From a virus: 64,000 bases of DNA. The stretch's first letter is position 1. The number at the start of each line of letters is the position of its first letter. Of this stretch, positions 19,301 to 29,465 are shown piece by piece. The notes under the pieces were generated by a model. The model worked only from the letters and a program-made list of their open reading frames with translations. It made no database searches and had not been told where the DNA came from. The translations under genes and the position numbers were made by a program. The stretch spans positions 1-64,000 of the IMG/VR virus record IMGVR_UViG_3300035698_012707; one strand, written 5' to 3'.

Positions 19301-20281
19301 ATGGGAGAAATAACTACAAAAACAAAGTTCCAAGCTCTATATATTGACCCAGAATGTAAGAAAAAATTACAATACTGGGCAGATGCAGCCGTTGGAGAAG
19401 TTAGTGGTCTTGGTCTTGTAGACAATGAAGACGGAAGAATGGTGGTAAGAGAGGTCTACATCTTAGAACAGGAATGTTCAGGAGCAGACACAGAGCTTGA
19501 TCCAGAGGCTATATCTAAGCTTATGATGGAAATTTTGCAAGCTGATAAAGATCCAGCCAAGTTAAAGTTCTGGTGGCATAGTCATGTTAATATGGGTTGT
19601 TTTTGGAGTGGAACTGATGATGAATGTGCTGAAACGTTAAGCAAAGAATTTGCATTCAGTACCGTAGTCAACAAGAAAGGCGAATCTAAAACAAGGCTTG
19701 ATTTATATGAGCCGTTTAGAATAACTGTAGACAATATTCGTCTTATCGAGATAACTGCAGAAGATGAAAATCTTAAAAAACAATGCGAACAAGACGTAAA
19801 AGAAAAAGTAAAAACAAAATCATGGACAAGAAATTATAATCAACATAATAATGGAAAAGGATACTATGATCAGAAAAAGTGGGATAACTTTGGAAGGTGT
19901 GGAAGCCCATATGAGGATCCATATGATTATGCTGAAACATCCAAAGTAAAGTTAAAAGACGACATAGTTGAAGACATTAAACTTCTTAGTGATCTTATAT
20001 TTGATAACGGATTTTCAGCCATTGCGTTGAATAGCTTTATTTATGATATAACAAATCAGGCCATAGAGAAGATATATGGTGATAAAGCAGAATGTAAGGA
20101 TGGAATAGGAACATATTCCGAAAATGAAAAACTTTGTAAAAAATGCAAGATATCAAAACAGTGTGAATTGTTGACAGATAAACTAAAGGAGCCATTGGAT
20201 GAAAATGATACTTGTAGCGAACATAATAAGGAAGACATTTCCGAAGATAGTGTTGAAGTTATCGTCGATCCTGATAATTGA
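19301..20281 (+). CDS. JAB/JAMM (MPN+) metalloprotease
   Basis: GEVSGLG plus HSH-x7-S-x2-D (WWHSHVNMGCFWSGTD). Confidence 0.9.
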   Translation: MGEITTKTKFQALYIDPECKKKLQYWADAAVGEVSGLGLVDNEDGRMVVREVYILEQECSGADTELDPEAISKLMMEILQADKDPAKLKFWWHSHVNMGCFWSGTDDECAETLSKEFAFSTVVNKKGESKTRLDLYEPFRITVDNIRLIEITAEDENLKKQCEQDVKEKVKTKSWTRNYNQHNNGKGYYDQKKWDNFGRCGSPYEDPYDYAETSKVKLKDDIVEDIKLLSDLIFDNGFSAIALNSFIYDITNQAIEKIYGDKAECKDGIGTYSENEKLCKKCKISKQCELLTDKLKEPLDENDTCSEHNKEDISEDSVEVIVDPDN

Positions 20282-20622
20282 GGGTCTTTTTTTAGCAATA
20301 GATAAATATTTATTTCAACGGTTACGTAAGGAGCCAGAAATGACAAAGAAAACAGAAAAAAATGAAAACGTATATTGTCAAATATGTTACTTGCAAAGTG
20401 ACAATAGTCCAGATGTAAAGTTTCATTTATATGAAGAGGGTACATTTTCATATCCAACCGAAATGCATATATGTCAAAAATGCTTAGACTGGGTAAATTT
20501 TATGAGAAAAATGGCATCTGAACAAGCAAAGTTTCCAGAAAAGGATTCATTTGAGAATTCTAATTGGTGGTGGCAACCTAAAAAAGAGGGTCATTCTGCA
20601 GCCGAAATGTGTGTAAAATAGG

Positions 20623-20651
20623 TTGAAAAAAAAATCCGTTTATGGTATAAT
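20623..20651 (+). promoter_or_regulatory. Sigma70-type promoter
   Basis: TTGAAA-17 bp-TATAAT, extended -10 TG. Confidence 0.75.
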
Positions 20652-20865
20652 ATTAATATAACCGGAGGAGGAATTTCATGGTTAAAAGACCAAAAGAAAA
20701 GGTAGTTGGATGCGGAACATGTTTGTTTCGTGGAGGAGAACCTTATACAGATGAAACGTTAGATAAGGTTGAGAGAGTTTATTGCAAAGCTAGGAAGGTT
20801 GCAGTTGATGTCGAAATAATGAACAAGTTTTGCGACCACTTTCAGGTCAAACCGCAGGAGACGGA

Positions 20866-21540
20866 ATGATAAAAGAATGTAAAAAATGTGGAGAAAATAA
20901 ATCTCTTGACAGTTTTTACGTAGATAATTCGAAAAAAAACAATATTTCGTCTTATTGTAAACTATGTGTGTTAGAGAAGCAAAAAACATATTATCACTAT
21001 AAAAAAGGTAATATTGTGTTAAAAGAAAAAAGATGTAGTACCTGTGGTATTACAAAAAATACAACAGAGTTTCCAAAGAAAGCTAACGGAAAGTATGGAG
21101 TAGCATCAATTTGTCTTGTATGTCAGAGAAACTGGATGTCAGAATATTACAAGACTCCGGGCGCTAAGATTAAACAAAGAACAAGAGATGCCAAGAAGTT
21201 CTTAAAAAACATAGAATCATTATCAGAAAAAGAAAAAAGACGTAGATATAATAAAAATTTAAGCCTTAAACATCTTTATGGAATAACTTTATCTGAGTAT
21301 GAGGGTATGTTAATAGAACAAAAGTTTAAATGTGCTATTTGTGGCACCAAAGTATCAGAGATACCATATAATGATCACTCAACTAAGAGAAAAGACACCT
21401 TATACGTAGACCATAATCACAAAACTGGTGAAATACGAGGTCTATTATGTGGCTCATGTAACGGCGGAATTGGGCAGCTTGGAGATAGCATATCAATACT
21501 TAGAAAAGCTATAAAATATTTAAGGAGAAATACATGTTGA
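20866..21540 (+). CDS. Endonuclease VII-like (homing) nuclease with N-terminal Zn fingers
   Basis: YGITLSEY..QKFKCAICG..VDHNHKTGEIRGLLCGSCNGGIG. Confidence 0.85.
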   Translation: MIKECKKCGENKSLDSFYVDNSKKNNISSYCKLCVLEKQKTYYHYKKGNIVLKEKRCSTCGITKNTTEFPKKANGKYGVASICLVCQRNWMSEYYKTPGAKIKQRTRDAKKFLKNIESLSEKEKRRRYNKNLSLKHLYGITLSEYEGMLIEQKFKCAICGTKVSEIPYNDHSTKRKDTLYVDHNHKTGEIRGLLCGSCNGGIGQLGDSISILRKAIKYLRRNTC

Positions 21541-22097
21541 AGGACACGAACACTGTAAATGTGTCAGGTAAGATATTCTGGTCAAAGCTAGACAAAAAAG
21601 AGAAGTTTTCTATGTTACGACTTGGAGTCGACATAGGGGAAGGACGCTATAATAGGGTTTTTGTTACTATTTCTAATCCACATGAAAAATCTTACAAATT
21701 TGTTAAGAATGATAACCAGGTTATTATCTTTGGCGGATGGTTAGATGTGTGGAAAAAGAATGATGGTGAGTTAGAGCTTCAATTGAAGGCTTATGATTCT
21801 AACGCTCAGTTTTATGTGCCGGAAAAGGTAATACCACACTTAAATGAGGTTACTATATACGGTAATGTCACTAATTTTAGCGATGGTGAAGCAATAATAG
21901 ACTGTATAGGTGGTAAAAACCCAAAAACTGGTGAATATACACATAGAACAATACCCATTCAAGTCGGAGACGAACTAGGTGACATTAGTAATAAGAAAAT
22001 TATGATTAGAGGAACTCTTGGAACAGAGGAAATCGACGAAAAGAAATCAAAACTAAAGGTTTTTGTTGATTACGATAGAATTAACATATTAGGATAA
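21534..22097 (+). CDS. SSB-like protein with two OB folds
   Basis: NTVNVSGKI and NEVTIYGNV repeats resemble SSB N-terminal strands. Confidence 0.55.
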   Translation: MLKDTNTVNVSGKIFWSKLDKKEKFSMLRLGVDIGEGRYNRVFVTISNPHEKSYKFVKNDNQVIIFGGWLDVWKKNDGELELQLKAYDSNAQFYVPEKVIPHLNEVTIYGNVTNFSDGEAIIDCIGGKNPKTGEYTHRTIPIQVGDELGDISNKKIMIRGTLGTEEIDEKKSKLKVFVDYDRINILG

Positions 22098-22099
22098 TT

Positions 22100-23019
22100 A
22101 TGAGACTTGAATCAAAAACAAAAATAGGCGATGGAACGGTAGATAGAATAATCTATGATGATATTTATGGTGCTAGTGAATTTTTTGAGCCTAAGATATG
22201 GATAGACACTTGGTCTAAAGATAAATTTTGGCTAAAAACAGCAGCAGGAGAAAAAATATCAGTTTCTAAGTTAGAATTAAAGCAATTGAACTTTAAAATA
22301 ATAACTAGAAACGTAGGAACGCGGTCTAATAGGCTCTACAAGCATTTTATGACAGTAAATAGTCCAAGAAAAGCTTCAGAGAGAATACCACTACTTAGTA
22401 TCGCAAGAAAACTTAATAAAGTATGGAAAAGGAGTATTAATGTCGAAGAACAATACAGACGAAGGTATCAATATGGATTCAGATTCTGGAATCCCGAAAA
22501 GTGAGAACTTAACAACAGATCAAAAGTTAGAGAATTTAGCTAGGAATTTATTTATATTACTTAAGAAGCAAGATGATATTAGCTTGGCTTTAGACAATGT
22601 ATATATACAAGTAGCAACTCTGATAGAAATTCTCGCAGAACATGAAAACATACTTAACCCTGATTTATGGGAAAAGAAGTTAAAAGAAGTAACAAAAAAT
22701 ATAAAAGACACCATGGAGGCAATGGAGAATGAAGCAGCAAATGCTGGACAAGATAATGTCACAAATCCCGACGGGGCAGATGCGTCACAGGGAAGTGGAA
22801 AAATTATTACTCAAGATCATACAATCATTATACCAGGTCAGTAAAGAAGAAGGATATGCTTGGAGTGGTAATTTAATTGATGTCGGAGGAAGAATTGGTC
22901 TTTTAACCGAAACAGGGGAAATTGTAGAACTTGACTCTGTACTTCCAAAAGGAGAAACCGGAAGGTTTATGCTGATATGGACACAAGATGATAGTGAAAA
23001 ACTTAAAAGAGAAGTATAA
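22100..23019 (+). CDS. Three hypothetical ORFs (22100-22504, 22440-22844, third ending 23019)
   Basis: ORF track. Confidence 0.55.
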
Positions 23020-23590
23020 TACATGCAATACGTGTGATAAATGTATAAATGATTGCAAAGTATTTGGTTATGGAAATACAAACGCAGATTTAATGATAAT
23101 AGGAGAGAGCCCCGGAAAAGATGAAGCAGAAGCTGGTGTTCCATTTATTGGTCAGGCAGGTCAGCTGCTTGATAAAATATTAGCAGCAATAAACATAAAA
23201 CGTGAAGATGTTTATTTTTCGAATACCATTCTATGTAGAACAAACGAAAAGGATCGAACCCCATCTTGGGATGAGATACAAAATTGTGCTGAAAGGTTGG
23301 ACGAGGAGATAAATATCGTAAAACCTAACGTTATACTAATGGTCGGCAGCCAAAGCTTAAAGCGCTTTTTTGGCAAAGATTCCAAGGTGACTGAATGTCA
23401 TGGGCGATGGTTTCTTGACTTCAAGCCTCCTTACGCACGATACTTTTCGATAATGCATCCTTCTTGGGCTCTCCATAGTTCTACCCCTGGAGAGTTAAAG
23501 GCAAAGAAAAGAACTCTATGGGAAGATATTAAGCGTTTTTCTAACGATTTAGAAGTAGTTAACTTTGAACTAAGGAGAGAAAATGTATAG
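22988..23590 (+). CDS. Uracil-DNA glycosylase, family 4
   Basis: CxxCxxC, IGESPG.DE..G.PFIGQAGQLL, N.ILCR and MHPS motifs. Confidence 0.9.
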   Translation: MIVKNLKEKYNTCNTCDKCINDCKVFGYGNTNADLMIIGESPGKDEAEAGVPFIGQAGQLLDKILAAINIKREDVYFSNTILCRTNEKDRTPSWDEIQNCAERLDEEINIVKPNVILMVGSQSLKRFFGKDSKVTECHGRWFLDFKPPYARYFSIMHPSWALHSSTPGELKAKKRTLWEDIKRFSNDLEVVNFELRRENV

Positions 23591-24038
23591 AGCAGGAGAG
23601 ATAGTAACTTTAAATGTTGATAAGACAGAAGGAGCAGGAGAGAACTCTCTCAATGTGTCAGCAGGAATAACTGGAATGGTATTGAGCTATAGCAGAGCAA
23701 GCGGTTCATCAGATTATTCATATATAGTTGATTTTGGCCCGGAGGGTCAATGGAACTGTTATCATAATGAATTAGATGGATTAACACCTCATCAAGAATA
23801 TGAAGAAGTATATGATGAAGACGAAGAAGAAGAAGAAGAAGAAGAAGACAACGAAGAAGTTGACATGCCTTCTCCGCGTGCAGAAGCTGCTGAAATTGAC
23901 TGGGAAGCACCACCACCAGCGCCAGGATGGGACAATCCGCAACCAAAAGCAAAAAAGAAAGTATCCTTTGAAGAGGATCTTAAAAGAATGATGAAAGATG
24001 CAGAGAAAAAGGAGAAAGCAAACAATGCCCCGTTTTAA
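23583..24038 (+). CDS. Acidic hypothetical protein with poly-Glu tract
   Basis: GAA repeat tract at about 23823-23848; ends NNAPF. Confidence 0.7.
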   Translation: MYRAGEIVTLNVDKTEGAGENSLNVSAGITGMVLSYSRASGSSDYSYIVDFGPEGQWNCYHNELDGLTPHQEYEEVYDEDEEEEEEEEDNEEVDMPSPRAEAAEIDWEAPPPAPGWDNPQPKAKKKVSFEEDLKRMMKDAEKKEKANNAPF

Positions 24039-24236
24039 CAAATCAAAAATGAAACACACAGTAAATGATCTAAAAACTGACGTAGAATCAGGAGAATTAA
24101 CCTCTCCATCATGGTTATGGATATTAGCAGGAGGATGTTTAGGATTACTTGTATCTTGTATAGATTTTACAAAAAAGAACACAAAACCAATATTGGCTAA
24201 ATTTAATAGGTCAAATAAACATGTGGGAGGAAATAA

Positions 24237-24686
24237 ATGAGTATAAGAATTACTGGCATTGGTACGCTTACTAGAGATGCTGAAATGAACAAAACTGCAA
24301 AAGGTGCATGGGTCAAGTTTGGCTTAGCAACAAAAAGAAAGAATACACCAGAAGGAATGCAAGATGTTGATTTCTTTGAAGCAAACTATTTCTTGAAAAA
24401 CCCAGAATCTACTTTAATGAACTATCTTAAAAAAGGTACTAGTATATACATAGATAATGGAGAAATGCGTGCAGACCAATACGAAAAAGATGGTCAAAAA
24501 AGAACTATGAATAAAGTAATGATATTCGCGTTTGACTTGCTAAGCACTAATGCAAGCAGAAAAGCAGATAGAGAAGCAAACAAAGAAGAAAAAGCTGCTC
24601 CACTAGGTGCTCCACAGAAAAAAGAGCCACCTTTAACAGTTCAAGAAGATGCAGATGAAAACTATCCAGATGAAGTACCATTCTAA
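24237..24686 (+). CDS. ssb: Single-stranded DNA-binding protein
   Basis: GTLTRDAE, YLKKGT and YEKDGQKR motifs; C-terminal DEVPF tail. Confidence 0.9.
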   Translation: MSIRITGIGTLTRDAEMNKTAKGAWVKFGLATKRKNTPEGMQDVDFFEANYFLKNPESTLMNYLKKGTSIYIDNGEMRADQYEKDGQKRTMNKVMIFAFDLLSTNASRKADREANKEEKAAPLGAPQKKEPPLTVQEDADENYPDEVPF

Positions 24687-24713
24687 CAGTATCACAGTGT
24701 GTAAGGAGATTAA

Positions 24714-25919
24714 ATGTTTCACGCATCAGAAGAAAACAGATTGTATAATTTTACAAAAGGAACTCAAACAGACATAGACTTAAAATCAGGGAAAGATGCT
24801 GTAGATTTAAACATATTCCTAGATGATGTTAGCGAATGGATGGAGAAACACAAAGATGTTATAGTTGATAAATATCTTCCATTCTCATGTCTGGCTGTTG
24901 GGTTAGTGCCCTCTTATGCAAGTGCCTTTGTTTATGGTTGTTTTGTCGGCCGAGCTATGGAAAAGAAAAACATAATTGTCGAAGCAAAAAATGGTCCAAT
25001 AGACCAAAAAAACATGACTAAGCAAATAAAAAACGATATAGAAAATCAAATGGGATGGTTAGAGGACGTTCTTAAGCATATAGAGAAAAGAGAAAAAGAG
25101 GATGATGTAAAAGATGACTAGATTTAATAACACCGTAACGCAAAAAATAATACGAAAGATTCATGTTATGCTTGGTGATGTTAAGACTGGTGAAGAAATC
25201 ATAGATCACTTAAGGTCAACCGAACCAATATTTATGGAAGAAGTCGGAAGATTTGTTACAATAGAGTTAGATAAACTTAAAGATGATTCAGATAACGATG
25301 AGGAATTTCTTATGTATATAGGTTCTATAATTGGAGCTGCATACATAATGGGATTTCTTATTGCAAAAGAAATGGACCATCAAGTATACGATGGTCTTAT
25401 AGACTTTAAGAGTTTGTTTGATGAACCTTCGAAAGAACCAAAAAATATTGACAAAATAATTGACACAAATCTTTCAAAGGGTAAAAAGCATAAGGAAATA
25501 GGTAACTTGCTTAAGAAGTATATTTCTAAAGAAACAAGAAAAGAGAAAAAAGAAGCTAAAAAACCTAAGAAACATAAAAAAACCAAAAGAATAGATATAG
25601 ACTTTAATGAAGGAGAGTTATAATGGTTGAAAAAAGAGATACAATTAGCGAAGAACAAGCGATTGCAAAAGCAAACACGTGGTTAGATCAAAAGAGATTT
25701 AATGAAGTTAAAGAAGAGGTTTACCAACGTGGTACGTTTACGGTTTATATAATTCATGCTGCTGCTGACGGTAAAGAATATGAAGGTGTTGGATTTTCTA
25801 AAGCACGTCCAGATATAACAATTGCGCAATATAAATCAGAGGTAGGCATAGATGTCGCCAAAGGAAGATCTATATATGATTTGTTTCAAGAATATCATAA
25901 AGAAAAAGGAGCAAAGTAA
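24714..25919 (+). CDS. Three hypothetical ORFs (24714-25121, 25114-25623, 25623-25919)
   Basis: Coupled start/stop codons. Confidence 0.65.
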
Positions 25920-26215
25920 TGGCAAGCTTTAAGAAAGGCGTAGAAGTTTATTTACGAGATCAATATAATTCTCCATTTATTCCTGTTAGAAGGAGAAGGT
26001 ATAAAGTAAGATCGTGTGGTAAAAAACAAGCAGTAGTAGATTATATACCAGAAGACGGTCATCCAGCATACGGACGAGGTCAAGCATACTTCATCACACC
26101 AGTAGAAGAAGCAAGATCTAGATATGGCGACAGTGTTCCTAGGTATATTAAAACAAATTGGAACGAACATTTTGTATTGGCTGGAATGGATGGCTGGGAC
26201 GCAGAGGAAAACTAA
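25919..26215 (+). CDS. Hypothetical protein, C-terminal tag WDAEEN
   Basis: MASFKKGVEVYL; ends DGWDAEEN*. Confidence 0.7.
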   Translation: MASFKKGVEVYLRDQYNSPFIPVRRRRYKVRSCGKKQAVVDYIPEDGHPAYGRGQAYFITPVEEARSRYGDSVPRYIKTNWNEHFVLAGMDGWDAEEN

Positions 26216-27443
26216 TGAATGAATTAATAAGTACATTTAATATACACGATTACCATTTTATATGGTATATACTATGTTTTATTGTCTGTCCACGAGTAGC
26301 ATTAGCAGTATTGCTTTCAATATACTGTCCAATAGCTTTATTGTGGAAAGTAATAGCCTGGACAATCGTAGTGCTATCAGGCGTTAAAATAAACATATTA
26401 AGAGACAAATCTTAAGGAGAAATAATGGAAAATAGCATACTAGCAAATAATATATATGAAAGTGCAGTTATAGCATATGATGAAAACTCTGGTGGTTTTA
26501 ATATAGACACTGGTAGCATGAATAGTTTGGGAGACACAAATAAATGGGACAATAATCCAATGACTATAGATAATTATTATCATAATTACTGGTATCCATA
26601 TGTATACCCAACAGTTACGCTAATACCAGAAAAGAGTAAAATAGAGGTAGCTTTTCAAATTCTTAATAAACTAATGAAAAAAGGAGTAGTCACAGTAAAT
26701 AAAGTTAAAACTTTTGTTGACTTAGTTACTGAGATTGCAGACTGTATATGAGTAAATATAATAGGTCCTATTATTGCAAAAAGCTTACCTGTGCTGTAAA
26801 TCATTCTAACAAGGGCAAGAAAATGCATGGTAATGAAATTAACTTTCATGACGACCTAGACTGGGAAGTTGTGAAAGATCAGGGGGTGTGGACGGATGTC
26901 TATTTCCAGTGCGGAGGTAGCTCCGTCTTCGCTTTTACTATTAATAGTTCATTTGCTGCCCGGGGATACATGACGGGATCTGTGCCGGAAGCCATAAGAA
27001 ACAACGAGACAGGCTTATGGGACTTATATATTCACAAGAAATACATATCGCATGACGACGTTTGTAGAGCATGTAAAAAATGGATAGAATTACAGGCCCC
27101 TATTAAAGGTATAGTATGTGGCTGCAATGTTAATTTTAATGGTAAGAGATGTGGACATGTGTGGGCTCATGAACAGTATCCAAGAGAAGAGTATCTCTTT
27201 GATTTATATGATGATTATAAGGTGGCAGCCTTCTGTAATCCAGTTAAATTACATGAGGGAGGTATCTGCGGATGAAGATTATGGTAGAGATAGATATTAA
27301 AGCTGGTGATAATAAAAGCATAGCATCTGCTATGATTAGTGAGATTATAGCGGAAGGGTTAGACCATTCTGAAATAGACCCACTTATTACTAGGAATATT
27401 TCATGGATTTTTCCACATCAACAGACACAAAAAGGGGACTGCG

Positions 27444-27644
27444 ATGGCAATATATGATTATGAATGCGAACGATGCGGCAAAGTATTTCAACAAAACAGA
27501 CCTATGTCAGAATCAAGTTTTTCAAGTAAGTGCCCGGTATGTGAAGTAGAGTGTAAAAGGATATTCACAGCGGCACCAGGTTTTATATTAAAAGGGAAGG
27601 GTTGGCCCGGAAAAGCAATTAAGGAGAAGAATGGAAATAAGTAA
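27444..27644 (+). CDS. FmdB-family zinc-ribbon protein
   Basis: MAIYDYECERCG..CPVC..RIFTAAPGFILKGKGW. Confidence 0.85.
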   Translation: MAIYDYECERCGKVFQQNRPMSESSFSSKCPVCEVECKRIFTAAPGFILKGKGWPGKAIKEKNGNK

Positions 27645-27939
27645 AGTTAAACCACTAAATGGTTACATTATTGTTAAGGATAACAAAAGAAAGGAACAAA
27701 CTACTGGAGGTATTTATATCCCAAAAAAAGCCAAGGATGACCACATTGTCCATGGTACCATAGTTGAGACTAGCTCTTGGCGACTCAAGGATGGTACAAT
27801 AATGAAACAAGAAGACGTCGCACCAGACGATCAAGTACTTTATACTTTCACTGCAGGTGCAGGAAACGCGTGGGATGAGGAAGGAATTACCTACAGAGTT
27901 ATTAAAACTGTAGAAATTCTTGCAAAACTAGTTGAATAA
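27631..27939 (+). CDS. groES: GroES co-chaperonin
   Basis: VKPLNGYIIVK..EQTTGGIYIP..EILAKL. Confidence 0.85.
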   Translation: MEISKVKPLNGYIIVKDNKRKEQTTGGIYIPKKAKDDHIVHGTIVETSSWRLKDGTIMKQEDVAPDDQVLYTFTAGAGNAWDEEGITYRVIKTVEILAKLVE

Positions 27940-27960
27940 ACACGTTACACGTGTTATAAT
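27932..27960 (+). promoter_or_regulatory. Sigma70-type promoter
   Basis: TTGAAT-17 bp-TATAAT, extended -10 TG. Confidence 0.65.
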
Positions 27961-28700
27961 GTAAGAGACTAGTAAAGAAAATACTTGTCATAGGGAGGCC
28001 ACATATGACAAATGCAATAATCGCACTACTACGCAACAGGGTAGTGAGAACATTTATTACGGAGCTCTTCGTAGGGCTTGCCGTAGGCGTGGTCACTACA
28101 CTTAAATGCAAGGATAAGAATGAAAAGCGCAAACGAGTTTTACTACATATGCAAGAAGGGTCATCTGACAGTAGGTCAGACAGATCGGAAACAGAAATGC
28201 GAACACAAAATACAAGAAGTACGACTTGTGAAAAAAGGGAAAGCTGGAGTAGAGAAAGAAGTAACGAAAGAGACTACCTGTAGTGAGGAGTTAATAGAAT
28301 TCCACCCAATGCCAGAAGAACTAGATTATTTTAATATCTGGGAACCACAAGTAATTAAAGCATTTCTAACCGGGCAGGACCAGTACGCGCTAAGAGAAGG
28401 ATTTCTTATCGATATGCAGCGGGTGTTTATCGCGCTAAGGACTAAGATAGATGATCTTGAAAGACAGATCAAGGATGTTAAGGAGTTGAAGAAATGAACG
28501 ATGAAATGGTAGGAAAGATACAAGCATCGCAACACAGAAGACAAGCAACATGGTCACTAAATGAGCATACGCTACTTATGGAAGATGCCAAGAAAAACGC
28601 ATTATCTAGATTCTTTATAGTAATAAAGAAGTATGAAATGACTGAAGACGATGTAGCTGAATTGATAGAGATATCTCAGTTCTTAATATAAAGGAGAGTT

Positions 28701-29261
28701 ATGCGTAAATCAAATATTGGTATAGACTTAGACGGCGTAATATGTAATCTCTATAAAGAAGCAAGACCATTATTTAAAGAAATGTATGATATAGAAGTAA
28801 CTGAAAGTTGCTTAGACGTAGAAAAAGAATATGGTCTAACTAAGAAACAAGTATCAGATCTATTCATTGAAGCAGGAAAAAGGGGTATGTACAGAAACTC
28901 TAGCGTATACGATAAGACGAGGAGTCATCTAGTAAACATATCTAGACAGTATAACATATTCTATGTTACAGTAAGAGATTTCTATCATCAAATAAAGAAG
29001 GACACTTTTTATTGGCTGGACAAGAACAAGCTGCCATACTTCAGAGTTGTTTTCTCTCGGTCGAAGCATAAGATTGCAGAACGAGAAGATTTTCAATTCT
29101 TTGTGGACGATGATCCTTTTATTTGCAATAGAGTAGCAAAGACTAACACACCAACATATCTATTCAAACAACCATGGAACACTAAGGCACCATTAGATCC
29201 TTTGGTAAAAGTAATAGATAGCTGGCAGGAAATAGAAGATATATTAATAGTTGAAAAGTAA
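28701..29261 (+). CDS. HAD-family 5'(3')-deoxyribonucleotidase
   Basis: IGIDLDGV, YVTVR, FFVDD and QPWN motifs. Confidence 0.85.
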   Translation: MRKSNIGIDLDGVICNLYKEARPLFKEMYDIEVTESCLDVEKEYGLTKKQVSDLFIEAGKRGMYRNSSVYDKTRSHLVNISRQYNIFYVTVRDFYHQIKKDTFYWLDKNKLPYFRVVFSRSKHKIAEREDFQFFVDDDPFICNRVAKTNTPTYLFKQPWNTKAPLDPLVKVIDSWQEIEDILIVEK

Positions 29262-29279
29262 AGAGATCTATGCTATAAT
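29251..29279 (+). promoter_or_regulatory. Sigma70-type promoter
   Basis: TTGAAA-17 bp-TATAAT, extended -10 TG. Confidence 0.7.
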
Positions 29280-29291
29280 ATAAGTATAATA

Positions 29292-29465
29292 ATGATGACT
29301 AACATAATAAATTGTAATTGCGATATAGCTGAAAGATTAAAGATCTTAGGGAATCAAATGCATTCCATAAGTTATCATATTGATGATATAATGGCTATAT
29401 GCTATAAAAAGTATGACAACCCAAAAGAAAACCTTGAATGGGATCCGAAGGAGAACATTAAATGA
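29292..29465 (+). CDS. 57-aa protein (not in track), C-terminal tag WDPKEN(IK)
   Basis: Manual translation MMTNIINCNC...KENLEWDPKENIK*; ATGA overlap with next gene. Confidence 0.65.
   Translation: MMTNIINCNCDIAERLKILGNQMHSISYHIDDIMAICYKKYDNPKENLEWDPKENIK

Noticed and set aside
23823-23848. GAA trinucleotide repeat
   Set aside because: Simply encodes a poly-Glu linker.
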